In this document: positions 62,875 to 64,000 of the stretch, piece after piece
Numbering within the stretch: position 1 is the stretch's first letter
Layout: every line of letters starts with the position of its first letter
Assembly (NCBI RefSeq): GCF_036321535.1
Contig: NC_087437.1
Span: 81,904,001 to 81,968,000 of the forward strand
Length of the DNA stretch: 64,000 nt
Direction of reading: 5' to 3'
Origin: Camelus dromedarius
Lineage: Eukaryota
Notes under the pieces: model-generated
The model's database searches: none
Told to the model about the DNA's origin: nothing
Seen by the model: only the letters and a program-made list of their open reading frames with translations
Program-made: the position numbers and the translations under genes

Positions 62875-63150
62875 AACTAAACATCCAGCAATAAAAGAAT
62901 GGCTGTTAATAATGGCACCGTCATACAATGATATACTATGCAACAGTTAAAAACTGTGGTAAGGAAAAATAAAGAGAACAGATGTCTCCCAAACAACATG
63001 CACATTATAACAGATACAGAAGAGAAGAACATGTGGAAGAAATTATATAAAAAGAAGAGAAGAAATCTCAGCATGGTCGAATTAAGGATAAATTTTTAAA
63101 TTCCTTATGCTTGTTTCCCCATTTTCAGTGCTTAATACATATTACTTTTA
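62875..63150 (+). mobile_element. Ancient L1 3' fragment
   Basis: aaacatccagcaataaaagaatgg...catacaatgatatactatgcaacagttaaaaa, typical L1 ORF2 end. Confidence 0.65.
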
Positions 63151-64000
63151 AATTAGGAACTTTTTTTCTTACTTAAAAAATGGAAGTGCTGACATTAAAG
63201 GGAGAAGGAAAAAAACAATACAATAATAAATCACTCACAGTAGAAGGCAGGCATTTGTTAGCACCTGTGCAACAAACATGCTACAGTGCTCGAATGAAGA
63301 AAGTGTCTATGCTTGGCAATTTGGTGCTTTATAGTATGGAGCCAGCAAACTTCTATTTTACAAACTATAGCCAACATGCTGGAAGCAGTAGTCCCCACTA
63401 AAGGCTAAAAATAAGAATACTCTGGATCCAGGCCTCAGCATGTAGCCACCACCAAGTTAAACTGCAGTCATTTCTCATCTGAAAGTAATTATGGTATGCA
63501 TGGTAACTTGCTCTGAAGAGAGTAGAGTGGATGCATGAAGTCTCTTATGAGACTGCTTTAAAAAAAAAAAGCATCCTTAAGATCAGCAGTCTGAAAGATC
63601 ACATGTCTTCAGCTTACTCCTCAGCTGCAACTGCAACCAACAGGGAGTTTTGATGCAGACATGAAACCATGTGTATCAGGAAACACAGCTGAAAGGTTCA
63701 ATAACAAGAAAACAGGAGCCTCTCCTTTAGCTGCTACAACAAAAGAAGTTCAGAGATTACTTACTCATTCTTTCCAGGATGAGAATTCCATTTCCATAAC
63801 AAAAAGTTTTCCCCATTGATACTAGTTTTAGCTTTTCCTACTCATGGACTGAAAACAAGTTACAACCACAAAAACCTACAACAAATTCAGAAAGCAGTTA
63901 AATGGTTTGTATGCTATCAATCACAATAGTCTCCATTCTGGAGACATGTCACACTCAGTTTCTCATAATGCTTTTGGAAGATGATTGGAAGGCCCCTCTG

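Noticed and set aside
63757..63870. Minus-strand exon candidate ending GA|GTAAGT (similar cases near 1330 and 15168)
   Set aside because: Stop codons in all three frames; consistent with pseudo-exons
1..64000. All supplied ORFs (60-136 aa) as protein-coding genes
   Set aside because: Short, low-complexity, often with non-ATG starts, and no recognisable domains. Several are repeat-derived (24172 MER20, 35981 antisense L1 ORF1, 42814/43429 L2, 46046 L1, 59599-59958 GT repeat).
1..64000. CRISPR array, prokaryotic operon or intact autonomous transposon/ERV
   Set aside because: No regularly spaced direct repeats and no long ORFs; all mobile elements are truncated or decayed mammalian repeats

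Overview
AT-rich, CpG-poor mammalian non-coding DNA, most likely camelid (camel/alpaca), judged from three tRNA-Ala(AGC)-derived SINEs of the vic-1 type and cetartiodactyl-type L1 3' ends. I found no recognisable protein-coding exon, RNA gene or CRISPR array, and the supplied ORFs look like chance or repeat-derived frames. The window reads as the interior of a long intron or an intergenic region; a minus-strand host gene is weakly suggested by splice-signal orientation, but I cannot name it. It carries ancient repeats (L2, MIR, L3, MER5/20/46/58/63, a Tigger MITE, MADE2), a solo ERV1-like LTR and short L1 inserts with target-site duplications (TSDs). Repeat family names come from recalled consensus sequences, not a RepeatMasker run, and ancient-repeat boundaries are approximate. 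The best leads are: (1) a minus-strand recursive-splice-site motif (polypyrimidine tract-AG|GTAAGT) at 7463/7462; (2) a ~150-bp CCAAT-rich element present in two diverged copies 3 kb apart, with reciprocal CpG-decay signatures; (3) a ~113-bp imperfect palindrome in an enhancer-like block at 39.4-39.6 kb; (4) several CpG-retaining transcription-factor motif clusters and candidate micro/cryptic exons. None is proven from sequence alone.
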